This document shows positions 41,738 to 54,540 of a stretch of 64,000 bases of DNA, one piece after another (position 1 is the first letter of the stretch; every line of letters begins with the position of its first letter). Origin of the DNA: Lytechinus pictus (lineage: Eukaryota). Below the pieces are notes generated by a model that was given only the letters and a program-made list of their open reading frames with translations, searched no databases and was not told where the DNA came from. The stretch covers positions 4,466,001 to 4,530,000 of the forward strand of contig NC_087246.1 of NCBI RefSeq assembly GCF_037042905.1. The letters are read 5' to 3'. A program made the translations under genes and the position numbers.

Positions 41738-42193
41738 GTTCTGTTCTGGATTCCTTTCTATGATAACAAATTCAACTCTACCAGATTGGAGCGACTTAGA
41801 GTTTCCATGGCAACTGAATGCATACTTGTCCCCAAGAAGAACGAGGAACCAAATGAAACTACCCCAATCGTGTCTGACAAATTCACACCAACAACCTCCC
41901 CACCAAGACAGTCTTCGGCAAGTTTCACAGAAGCCACAGATACAAGGCACAACACCATGGCAACAGAGCATTCTCAAGAGAAAACCACACCCACAAACAA
42001 GGACCAAGCTCCAGCAGCTGACACTGTGGTGGTGGTACCCTCTGTGGAAGTTTTAGATCCAGACCCTTCTGATGGGATTCCGACTGGTACTGTTGTGAAT
42101 GATACCAGTACGACAATAGAAGGTGCACCTAGTGATGGGGATGCTCATCAAACAAGCCCCTCAGTTTCAAATACTGAACCGGTCAATACATGA
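41738..42193 (+). CDS. Uncharacterised gene, alternative terminal exon 5b (278-aa isoform, Thr/Ser/Pro-rich tail)
   Basis: Acceptor ttttcatgtag; VLFWIPFYDNKFNSTRLERLRVSMATEC is homologous to exon 5a; 151 open codons. Confidence 0.75.
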   Translation, partial: VLFWIPFYDNKFNSTRLERLRVSMATECILVPKKNEEPNETTPIVSDKFTPTTSPPRQSSASFTEATDTRHNTMATEHSQEKTTPTNKDQAPAADTVVVVPSVEVLDPDPSDGIPTGTVVNDTSTTIEGAPSDGDAHQTSPSVSNTEPVNT

Positions 42194-45100
42194 AATTAAT
42201 TTGTGATTTTGTTGAAGAGAAAGGACTCTGCTAATTAACAATAAGGGTCACTATGGAGGTGATACTATTTTCATGGGGTTGTCACCCCCCTAATTATATA
42301 TTAGAAGTATGTAATACTCTACACAATATTTCACAATTATCCACCTCTTCCGAGAAATACAGTACTTAGTAGAACAGTATGACCATTATTCAGTGGTTCC
42401 TACCATCTTAATTCTGACCATTCCATTGACAGGTAGAGCCTACCATGATCATAGATTAGATATACAATTAATTATAAAGAATAATATACAGTACTGGGTA
42501 TATCGATTAGTCCCTTTGAAAGTACTATTAGATTAATCAATTCAATGCCATTAATGTTTAATGATGATTATGATGTCATGCAAATTGATATAGTGCTTAT
42601 TACAAATGTTCAAATTTTAGGACCAACTTTGTGACGTTTGAGTACGTGGCAGGTTCCGAAGTCATATAACTCTTCATTAGTGCAGGTACAAGGAATGCCT
42701 CAAAACAAATTCAATGCACATTCTGTTTCAAGCCAAAATTAAAAAAATGTATATTTTTTTCCTTTTACCAATTGACAACAAATAGTATCATGTTTCAATT
42801 GGCAAAATGGTTAAGAATAATTTCCATTAAATAAAGTAATTGAAATAAGCCGATTTATACAAAATTCATTTATTATTAAAATATATTGGAAAGTTATTCT
42901 GATGTGATACTTTATTCATAGTAGATTTTTTTATTAAAGAGGGCCACTTTTATTTCTTGATTTTAGAGCAGAATTCTGATTTCATGCATAAATATTCAAA
43001 ATTAAACAATTGTTCTTAAAAATATCTATCTATGCAGTTTTGTAGATAATATCAAAGGTGACACGCATTCCAATTTTCAACATGATCACAACCAAGATCC
43101 TTGGACCCCATCCTGCTGTATGGTCTACCAAAATATCCTGGCTTAGTCAGAGTTAAAACTGTAGTGATATTGAACTGTTACATATAATCACACATTGACT
43201 ATACTCCAATAATAACAGATAAATTTGAAGCATTTAATTAATTTGGTAATCTTATTTATTATCAAGTGACATGTATTTCAACAGAAAGCTGATAATCATG
43301 ATAATGGTGAGTTAAATACATATTCACATAAAGATCATACATGACATTATTTATACTTAGTGCTAAGATATTGTATACAATGTATAGCATTTATTTCAAA
43401 ATATTGTTACAACATGTATACAATATTTCTGATACAAAAATGTTGAAGTACCATGTACTGTGTCAGTATTACATTCAATTGTGCAATTTAAAAACTTTGT
43501 ATAAAATACAAAGTAGGAAAAAATGTATGTTGTGCATTGTTTAATTCAAGATTAAATCACTTATTCATGACAATGTTTGTTTACCTACCCCTTCCAATGA
43601 CAATGATAATAATATAATAAGAGACATTCAGTGATTCAAATAAAGCATTGGTGATTTTGCCTGCAGGCTGAAATGAGGGCATAAAATCTTTCTTTTTTTT
43701 TCATAGCAATATGTACACCTGTGATCATTAGCAGACAATACTAGTAGATTACAAGCTGCCATGCCTCAGCTGGATTCTTTTGTATGCTTAGAACATCATG
43801 CTTTAGAACAAATTATACGAGTATATAAGAAAAACATGTACGACACACACACATATACGGTATATATACATACGGTGGCAAATAATGTTGCAAAAAGTAC
43901 CTTTTTATGCAGCAATACAACTTTACTGTTATTGTATGGTTATGGTTATTTTAATCCACAAAAATGAATGATTTTTTTTGGTTTAAATAGAATTATTAAC
44001 CTAAAGCCTTACACAGACCGTTTTTGAATTATTTTCTTTTTCTCATTTTAAGATTTGCTCTAGGAATTTAGAATGCAGATTTCGGCAAAAATGAAATAAA
44101 CTCTCATTTACATGGCGCAATGATTACATTTCTTTAAAAGGTGCTGTATGTTGAAAATTGTGATTGAAGTTGTTGTTTATCTACTTTATATGTTAGTTTT
44201 TGCAGACATTGTTTTATTAAATGGTGCCTTGAGAAATAATGATTGAAAGATCAGCATTTTGCATTTTATAGATGAAGTTCTCTCCAACAAGGAGTTGACT
44301 TGAAAAGTAGAGACTAATAAGTATAACATTGAAAGTTTCATCTGAATCCGATTCTTTTATATATCTTTTTTTTTTATTCTTTTTTTTTTTATGGCAATAC
44401 TGGCAACCCTGGAATACCTTCTTTCCTCATGGAACATGTGTAGTTCATTGCAAATATCTGAAGAGCTTCTTTATCACCAAAGTTATAAGAATTGAATATC
44501 CAGTGAAATACAGAAAAAAGGTAAAATCTGAGATATCATCATCTTTTCTACATTTGTATATAGGCCTGAGGCCAGAATGTGTAGATAATTGTTGTTTTTT
44601 TTAATAAGCAAAATTAAAACATGGCTTTCTTGATTTACATAATTCTGATGTAACTTTGATGTATACTTATTTGATTTTATCAATTAATTCAATCAACTTG
44701 TTGGGGTAGATTTGGCCTTTAAGTATCTGTTATTTGTATTTCATGTTAATGTTTTGAGAAATATATGATTATGCCAATGCATTTTTCACCAAAGATGACC
44801 TTTATGCAAATTAACCGTTTATACAATTTTCCTATGTATCTGACTTGAATATATTATTATTGTTGTTTTTTATTATCAGAATTTCTTTTTATGTAACCAA
44901 GTTGGGTTTATGTGATTTGCAATCACTTAATACGACAATACATCAGACGGTGGCCTGTACTGTTTCCAGAAGAAGAAGAATAATCATTTGTAAATTTTGT
45001 AATTTACTTTAATTCGTTATAATAAAAACAGAATAATAAAAAAGAATTTCTTTAAAACAAATTGTAGCTATTTAAAAATGTTGTACATTATCTGATATAG

Positions 45101-46661
45101 ATAATGTAAAGGAGTTGCCATCTCATGAAAAGTAGAGCAAATAATGGGAATATATTCTCAGCTACTTGATTATAATCAATTTAAGCAATTTAAACAATTA
45201 TGGAGTTTATGTATTTCATGATCCTTTTCTTTTATCTTAATAAGCAATAGAAGTTTTTATATACTCTTTACAACCAAGTATGTATAAATGTATAAATACT
45301 AATGAATTATCTGTGAAATATTATCAATTAGGTACAAATGTGCTTGAAACACAGTACAAAAAGGGTTTGAAAAATTATGCTCCCAATGTCCCCAATTTTA
45401 TTGCATCACTATCGTTTGGTCAGTACAGTGTGAAAAGGTATTTAAGGAATCTAAAGTAACTTTCTAACAACAAAACATACTTTTCGATTTCTTATTATGT
45501 AAGGTTCTTGAGTTCAACGCGAATGATATTGCAGTAACAGAGAAATAGTTATTCACTTATTGCAACATTGAATAATGAAATTTGAAAAAACGAATATGGC
45601 TTAACCCTAAACTGACCGGGGGGGGGGGGTTGAATCAACCCCCCCCCCTTCAACATTTTCTGCGATCATTCCGCCGTGCGAAATTTATTGACCGCGCCAC
45701 TCACAGAGTTTATACCAAGCCCCCGAAGCTACCGCCATTTTGTTTAATCCATTAGAAGCTAAAATAAGCCCTCATTAATATTAATTTCGTACGATGCTCC
45801 CTCGTCAACTGTGGTTTTGTACGTGTATTAAACAATACGCACATCAGCGCAATGACAAAGGTCAACTTGGCAAATTCATTAATGTATTCATTTTGTTACG
45901 CGCTCGTGACGCGAAGGATTCAGCGAATCAAGCAAGCGCAAATCTGAGACGATACGTTGCGCTCTATAAAGTATCGATATCACAAGCGATATCACTTAAA
46001 AACAAAGCATCGTTTGTATTGTGTCTTATAGGCCTATGCTAATTCTAAAAGGGAAGATGAAAAGAGTAGATCAAGTCGTGATTAGGTAAAGAGGTCTCCA
46101 GTGCTGTTGCCATTCTCAAATTGTCACATATGTTATTGTTAAGATATACAAGTAAATCAATCTTAGTTTTTAACAAATGTAAAGAATCTCGACTCTAAAT
46201 AGCCGGCAGAGCTAGGCCGCGGAAAGATCAAAGGGGGCTGTTGTACTGACCCAAAAGTTTTATTTATTTTTTTTTTTGGGGGGGGGGGGGGCAAAACATG
46301 GTTGTTACAATTTCATGGTAATTTTCACTGGTTGAGTATGGTTACTGAAAAAAAAATAACTGTCACCACTAAAAGAGTACATTTCTTGTTACAAATTTCG
46401 AGAAGCAAAAAAAAAATTCCTTCATGGCCCCCGTGCCTGCTTTCTTCATCTGGCGTCCGTTTCATAATGAATTACAGCTATTTAAACATCGCTATTATTG
46501 TGATTACCGTGGTAACCTTGATTATGATTGGTACCTCATGATGAAACGGGCCCCATGCAGTATACGTTTCCTGTCCCATTTATTCTCCAGCATTTCTTAC
46601 TCTGTTTTTTTAAAATCATTTTCCCACTCAAGTTCTTTTGTGCCGCCTTTCTCCTACATAT

Positions 46662-47439
46662 GAAGAGCTCACTTTCAAAAGGGGTTAGGTCCATTTTTCA
46701 TCAAATTTGATTTTTATGTCCTAATGTATAGTTTTTATTAAAAAGTGAACTAAAATGGCAAAGAAAAATCACTTTTTTCAAAAAGGGTTAGGTCCATTTC
46801 AGTTTTGTTGCAAAAGGGATTAGGTCCACACAGATTTTTTTTGGAAAATAATATCTTAAAAAATATGAAGACAGGTGAAAAATATGAAGACAGGTAGACT
46901 TCTTTTATACCCAATTTTATGTTCTCATGGTAGGGTATCATGAAAATTCAGTTTTGCATAATAATATTGCAATATGGGAGAATTGAAAAAATTATTTTCT
47001 TGGAGTGGACCTAACCCCTTTTGCAACTAAACTCTTCTGAAAAACTCATTTGTCAAAAGGGGTTAGGTCCATTCTTCATAAATTTTATTGTTTTTTGTCT
47101 CTAAACCTCTAAATTTTTAGTCACTCTGATGATACCAAAGAACATTTGAAATTCAAATGAAAGCGTGAAAGGAAGTGGCAAAGAAAATCACTTATTTAAT
47201 CAAGAAATTAGATTCATTTCAGTTTACTTGCAAAAGGGGTTAGGTACACAATGATATTTTTTTTTTGAAGAATATAGAAAAAAATTGAAGACAGGTAGAT
47301 TTTTTTTATACCCAATTTATGTTCACTGTTCACATGATAGGGTAGTACATCATGACAATTTAGTTTCTCATAAGAATATTGCAATATAAAGTGAGAATAA
47401 AAACAAGTGCCCCTAACCCCTTTTGCAACTAAACTCTTC
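46662..47439. mobile_element. Head-to-tail dimer of a roughly 390-bp MITE (Sola-like, atat TSD)
   Basis: Copies 46662-47037 and 47039-47439; TIR gaagag..caaaaggggttaggtcca / tggacctaaccccttttgcaactaaactcttc; atat flanks both outer ends. Confidence 0.7.
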
Positions 47440-50400
47440 ATATATTTCCTTCTTCTTTTCCCACTTGTTATCTGCCCCTGGTTTCCATAAATCTCGTCTT
47501 ATTTCTCTTCCACCGCTTTTGTTCCTACTTCTCACATTCTTGCTCTCTTACCACCCCCCCCCCTCTAAATTCTCTTCATATTTGCCCCTCCATTTCTTTC
47601 TCATCTCTTTTCAACCCACTTCTCATCACTCTTTCCCTCTCTCGATCTCCATCTCATTTTGAATTTTGCCAATTCCAAATCCCTTTCATTTTAGCTCTGT
47701 ACAAATACTATATGAACACAAATGAAAGACATAAAGGAATTTTCTGGTTAGTAGTGAATTTTATTAATTAGCCAGAAAAAAATATCACATTATCAGAGGA
47801 TTAAGCTTTACATTTTTCTTAAGCGTATGTCCATACTTTGAACCAAAAGAAAATGTTTTTTTGTATGCTGGGGCAGCGATCCTGGGGGGGGGGGGGGCAC
47901 AGTTCCCCCTACTTTTTGAAACACTGAAAAAGTGCCTTTTTATGAAAGAAAATTAAATGCCCCCTCATGAACGTGTACTGTGTTCTTTCACCTGACGAGA
48001 ACCTGTTTTAGGTGTTACCAAGTGCTCTTCCTTGTATGCAATTTTTTACCCCAAAATGCCCCCCCCCCCAAAACGTGTTCTGTGCCCTTTCATCTGAGGG
48101 CCCGTTTCATGTGTTAAAAAGTGCCCACTTGCCTTCTTTCTCGAATCACTGCCCCCTTTTACCCAAGAAAAGTGCTCCTCAAGAACTTGTTCTGTGCCCC
48201 TTTCACCTGAGAAGGACCCATTTTATGGTCACCATGTCAAGTGCCCTTTGAAACAAGAAAACAATATTCTCATTTCTATAATATACTTATGAAGGAAATC
48301 CTTTGTGCATTAAGTTTAATAATTCATGTGAGTGGGGGTATATAAGCAGTTTGTACAGATGGAGGGGGGGGGGCTTGAAGGACTCTTGCCCCCCCCCCCA
48401 AGAAAAATCACGACCAATAAAAAAAAGAGAAAAGGAAAGAAAAGGGTGAAATATATCATTCTGAATATTTTGTCGAATCTATCACAAAATTGGATTTTCT
48501 TTTTAAAAATGTCAAAATTTTGCTCGCTCGCAACTTCTTAAAAATTTCACATAATACAGCATTTTCTCTGTGCCTCCCCCCCCCCACTTTCAACTTCACT
48601 CCGCCGCTCCTATTTGTATGTTTATAGCTTCTCCTTTTGCAACCAGTTTGAATGAAAATCAACCTGAAATTTCATTCGTCATGAATTTGGGGTTGTGATA
48701 ATATATATATATTTTTTTAATTGCACTTGAAAAAAAAAACCTTTTCCATCTACATCAAGTGGTTCCTCAGTCAGACTCTTCAATTTTGAGTTGTTGGATT
48801 TCTTGAATGAAAACATCTGTTATACCAGTCCTAAAGATTTAAAAATAGAGAAAGAAAATCAATGAATTTAAATTAAAATTGTCATGATTTGTAAACATAA
48901 ATGTTTTAAGAAAAGTGAGACTATACATATATATGTTTCTTTAACACATAACATAGGAAATCTTATTCTACTAATTATAAACTTGTACTTCTATAAAGAA
49001 TATTACTTAAACCTGTTCTATGCAATTTACATACCACTCTCCATTATAACTACATGTACTCTATGAACAAATATCAGAGATTTCTCATAAATATGAATAT
49101 ATGAATTAACATATGTAAATTATATAAATAGTCAGAATTATAGTTGATATGTTTTGTTGCACAGAATATTTTGATCTGTGATTAAAAACGACACTATCTA
49201 TAATCTAAAAACAAAATTGAAATGGGTTTTTCAAAGGCAGGTCTATTTGTTGCAAAAAAAATGTGAAAAACCTCCATTATTAAAAATAATCACTAATTAA
49301 CTCACTCATATAACTGCTGTAGGTTGTATTTCTTTTTGTGGTCCAGTCACTGTTCTATTAGGCCTACTTCACCAATTATTTATCATCATCAATCACCTCC
49401 ATGGAAATTGTAAAACTGCACCATCCTATTGGACAAAATGTAAAATAACAAGATTACAAAAGAAATATGAAATATGAATATCACACTAAATAATGAATAA
49501 AATGAATTTGATAAAATATAAAACATGAAAAATAAATATTGCTTTGTTTATAAACAAATAGGAAATAAAAACATGAAAAGTAAATATTGCTTTGTTTATA
49601 ATCAAATAAGAAATAAAAAGGCCATTTAATTACTAGTAGATCAAGGACATGACCTTATTTTATAAATTTACCCAAGGTACATAACTTTTGGCATTGGTTC
49701 TATTTTAGACTCGAGAGCCTGTATATATAAGAAGTGTATATTCAGTACAGATCCTACCTCTTTGTGGCTCAGGTTATCTTTATTTAATGTAAACATGGTT
49801 AACATTCAATGCATGTAATGTATCTGTAATTTTGTATGGGTAATTAGTTTAACTTTTATACCTGGATGAGAATCTGCAAAATGATGCATGCACTGATCAT
49901 CTTTAACCATATAGGTAGACCTCTACTGTTTTTCGTGTTCTTCAAACGCAACCTGTTTGTAAAAGAAAAGAGAGCAATAATAAGAAGTGATCTTTTTCAT
50001 GGCCGTATGTATAGGGGGAGAAGTTTGGGTGGGAGCTGAAATGTGAAAACCTTCATCAAAAAAAGAATTGCATGACATCCTTCAATTTTACTTAAGAAAA
50101 TGCACAAAACGGCCCTAGGTAATATTGGTCGCTTCTGGCCCTCGCTTTCTGAATTTCAGGTTTCTCTAAATTTTTTCACGTCTGCCCCCCCCCCCAAAAA
50201 AAAAAAAAATCTGCATCTTTTTATTTCCGAATCTTAATTTGATTTTAACATAATTTCATAATCTCATGCACTAGGTCTAGATCTATTTGTAAGAAAGTAT
50301 AGATCTAGTCCAACGAGACTCAGTGCTGTGCGACAGCATTCATGTATCTAAATTAGGTCTAGATCTAGACTAACGATGGACTCTTGATCTATCTAGACCT

Positions 50401-50994
50401 AGAAAGTAAAGCTTCGGTTCTAAACCGAGATCTATATCGATTTAGAAATGTTTTATGTCTGACTGACTTTTATTCCTGGCTAAAAGTAAACTTCATTGCC
50501 ATTATTGACCGAGAGTAGATCTAGATCTAGTCCTTGGTCCACTAAAACTGACAGTCATACTCATAGGGCCTACATGTAAATGGAGTCGTTTAGGCCCAGA
50601 CGTACCTAGATCTATTCTAGGCCTAAATTATACAGACCTAGATCATAAGCCCTGAGGGTAAGTTTCGAGGGTTGGGAAAGTATAAGTTAGATGACTAGAT
50701 TTGAATTAGGTAGGCCTAGAATGGCTAGATAGCATCGATGAATAAAAGTAAATTAAGTCTAAATAAGTAGGATTAAGAAGCAAGACTAGATCCTCTGTTA
50801 ACCAAGTTCGAAATTAGATCTATCTAGATCTAGGTCCTACTCCTAGATCTCAATAAGACAAACATGCTGAGCAGCATGTTATTTCTAAGACCGAGTCTAA
50901 CTATATTCATAAATGGCAAAAAGAAGCTGCTGAAAACTGCTTATCTAATAAAAGAGAGCCAATGCCAATGGAGTAAATTAGAAAGTCAAAAGGG

Positions 50995-51033
50995 GCCTGA
51001 GCTTTCGATCCTAGCAGAATCTTCGTCGGAGGC
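50995..51033 (-). ncRNA. Minimal type I hammerhead ribozyme-like motif (Penelope-type)
   Basis: Minus strand gcct-ccgacga-a-gattct-gct-aggatc-gaaa-gc-tc-aggc: stem I gcct/aggc, stem II gattct/aggatc, GAAA, UH site; core deviates (CCGACGA for CUGANGA). Confidence 0.6.
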
Positions 51034-54000
51034 AAAATGACAATAAGTTAAAATGGGCGACAATAAGTTAAAATGGGTGGGTGCTAAATGCAGAAGCCTG
51101 AAGTTATGCAAAACAAATATATCTGAAAGTGAAACTGAGAATTGACACATTGATTCAATGACAGGCTTATCTTCATCCACACTCAGCTTAATTCACAGTT
51201 TATTCCTGACTGAGTCTCGATCTACTGAAGATAGATGCAGATCTCCATCTAGATCTAACGTTACAGTGTACAAAAAGAAGCTTCATTCTTCTTGTTTTAA
51301 ACAATCGTGGGTTGGTCCTTGTTGGAGATGAACCATAGTCCAAACCGCCCCGATTTTCTCTCGATGCCCCGATTTTCTCTCGATGCCCAGCCGGCCGGCT
51401 AGGAGCCCGTACAAAATACATGTGGTTAACACAGCGGCATAACGGCATAATCACAACACTGCAAGCAACATACAGGCTGCACTGGGCGACGATGACAATC
51501 TAACTTCAATTTCAAAGACCAAATTCTGCTTTCCTTTTACAGAAGAATGATAGCAAACCCTCTAATTTGTTAAAGAAATAACCTAAGATCACAAAATACA
51601 GTGTGAAATGTGTAAATAGTCCACTGAATTCATGTGGTTATATCAATTTATACGTACTCACCGGAGTGTTCGTAGGTCCATTTTGTGTGAAGAAAGAAAA
51701 GTTTCAGAATGAATAAATTAGATGACGTAATGAGGTCAAATGAATAATCAATTCTGTAACACGATACCACTAGTATCGATGACAAAGAATCGGGGAAATC
51801 GCGTATTAATGACGCTCTTAGCCAATGAAAAGGCCGGATTATGAATATCTTCATGCTCATGAATGTCAATGAGGGCTTATTTTTGTCTTCAAATGATCGC
51901 GGTAGGCGGAGCCTAATCTCATTTGTTTTGTGCTGAACGCGCACGCAGCTTTCGGTCTAGTAATATATTATAAGGTCTTTGGTTTATACTTTCAAGTCTC
52001 GCGCATCTTTTGAGACCAAATTTGCGACGCCCGGGTACGCGGTTCCAAAATTACGCAACATTTCGTAAGTGCATGTCAGACCAAAAATTGTTCCAAAACG
52101 TGATTTTGTGTACAAAGTCAATGCAAATTGAGTTTTCTCATCTTATTCATAAAGATATGATTATTTTTACTTTAAACAGCTGAAATCAATTGATTTTAGC
52201 ATAATTATGCTTCGAAAAGGTTGTGCAATAAATGTGGTGAAAAAAACAAAGAAAAACAAAAGGTTGAAAAACAAAGAAATACATTAGAAATTCATAAAAC
52301 AATAAAATACACAAGAAATTGATTTCCAAACCGAAGTTTTTTTTCAATTGCGATTGTTAAGAATGCTACAAAGAATATTTTTACCAAAAATTAGCATTCT
52401 AGGAGCTTTATTTAGTGAATTAGAGCAAAAAGTATGATTTATGCATAAATTAGCATAATTAATTCATATAAAATAAAATCTCATTATTTTGGAAAATTTT
52501 ACCATACAGCCTTGTAGATTACATCGCACACTACCAGCGTGCAAATTTTTGCGGCGCTTGCACGATCGGCAGCCGAGATCTCAGGGGGGGGTTGAATCAA
52601 CCCCCCCCCCCCTCCCGGCCACAGAACAGCCAAAAAAGCCCGGCCTAGTTAGGGTTAAGATTATTCATTTTTAAATTGCTTCAGGCTTCCAGTGCTCTTC
52701 TGTTCAGTGAAGGACAAAGTCTTTGTGATTTCGAAAGATGCAAGATGAGAAAGACAAGTGAATAAAACTTGAATGTTATATTTAATTCATATTTATATAT
52801 CACACACCTGTGAATCATAATGTACTTTAAGGAATAAAGTAAGCATTTTATTATGAAATTCTATAGTGAATAGAGATGCGTTTTTGTACTTCGTGTGTGA
52901 TTTATTTTATCTCATTCATTATCGTCTGTGATTTACATCCTTCGGCAAATTTTTATAAATCTCAATCAAGATTTCTCAACATCTGTTCAGAATAAACTAG
53001 TTTACTTGAGTTGAGTTGAGACATTGAAACTATCTTAATTTGTTGGTATGACTTTTTAGAAAGTGATTTTCATGAATGATCGATGTACTGTCTTCAATGA
53101 AATGTTACATACCGACTACCGAGTCATATAAATGTGTACACAATCAAAGAGATCCTACTTCTACTTCAATGGAGACACCAAATCCTTATACTAGTGTTGT
53201 ATCATTGCTTCATCATACAAGTTTGCAAGTAATACTGTCCTTCTTAGATATCAATATTTAGAATTCTGATATGTTTCACTGGATGAATTTGTAAATTTTC
53301 CTGCAAAAAAAAATCAATGTACCCGATCGAAGCGGTACGTTCCAATATATTTTAAAGGTATAGAATGAGCTGAAAATTTCATTATACCTTAATTTGTCTG
53401 TAGTTTTTGGTAAATCTGCTCTGTTAAAGGAAACTAAAAACACTGCCAAGAGGGGGTGCTAGATATCAAAAAAAAAATCAATATTCAACTTTTCACAAAG
53501 AATATACGGTTGCACAAAAGATTACTGACATCTTTGCTCTAGTGAGATTGGCACGTCAGATGATACTAAGTTCACTTCTCATTATTGACCCTTCACCAAA
53601 GCTACACAGGCTAAAGTAATCTCTTTAAAAAATAAGTGTCAAACAAAAAGTTGTAGACAATTTATACCTCTTTCAAACGATTTCAAATTTTATTAATGCA
53701 TGTAAGCTGTCATGAAACCCAATGAGTGGATAAGCATAATCAGCTGTAGTAAATGTTGTAAACAATATCACTTATGCGAAAGGCAATCCATGAAAACTCA
53801 TTTGAAACTGGAAATAGCAGATATGGAAAGGGTGATTTTCTTCTTTAAAATTATCCGCCAAATGATTTTTTTTATTTGGTGTCCTTTCATTGTATTTGCT
53901 CATCCATAGGGAATAATGAACCATATAGAGGAGACTCAAAGCGTTACAATATGTCAATTTGTCAATATTGAATCGATAATTGTAGTATTGCACATTCTTT

Positions 54001-54101
54001 GATGTGGTATCACGTGATCAATAATCACAAGTCAGAGGAACTCTTTTGTGAAAAGTTTTGTCAGTTATTTTCACTGTACTTATGTGCAGTATAGCTTAAA
54101 A

Positions 54102-54362
54102 CGGGCGGATCCAGGAGTTTCCAAAAGAGGGGCACATTTTCCCGATGAAAATTTGAGAAGCAAAAAAAAAAAGAAAGAAAAGGTTTCCACCTAAGATTGA
54201 ACGTCATTTCGTCCGCGACAAATTTGACCAGCAAAGAAAGGGGGGCACACTTGGGTAAAATTGGTATATTTACATTATAAAATTTAATTATGGCTCTTAA
54301 ACGGGGGGGGGGGTGGGGGCACGGGTCGAATGTGCCCCCCCCCCCCCCCGGATCCGCCACTG
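54102..54362. mobile_element. MITE (ggcggatcc TIR family) just downstream of Ig-like gene 1
   Basis: ggcggatcc / ggatccgcc termini; near-duplicate target gcttaaaa / gcttgaaa. Confidence 0.65.
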
Positions 54363-54540
54363 GCTTGAAACATCTTTCGGTGAAAGTAATTGACAAAGTT
54401 TCCATTAACGCTTCAGGGGTCTATATCTACCGATAAATGAAAAGGGCCAACATTTTGGATTTGATACTAGTAGTTCAAAGTATGATATGTATTGAAATAA
54501 TAAGGCGTGAACGGTAAGTGTGATCGTTCTCTGATCCTTT

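Larger units (their letters stand above)
45716..51981. mobile_element. 6266-bp non-autonomous DNA transposon with 8-bp TSD (P- or hAT-like)
   Basis: TSD gtttatac at 45708-45715 and 51982-51989; termini caagcccc / ggtctttg; no transposase ORF seen. Confidence 0.75.
45605..52654. mobile_element. piggyBac-like MITE split into 45605-45715 and 51990-52654 by a 6.3-kb insertion
   Basis: ttaa|ccctaa ... ttaggg|ttaa; both parts align to the reverse complement of 39216-39983 and join at gtttatac. Confidence 0.85.

Noticed and set aside
41723..42128. Overlapping alternative-frame ORFs around exon 5b
   Set aside because: Shadows of the low-complexity coding exon; only the 41738 frame shows homology to exon 5a.
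51200..51454. 84-aa minus ORF as a THAP domain or transposase N-terminus
   Set aside because: No C2CH THAP signature or AVP motif; includes a 19-bp tandem duplication.
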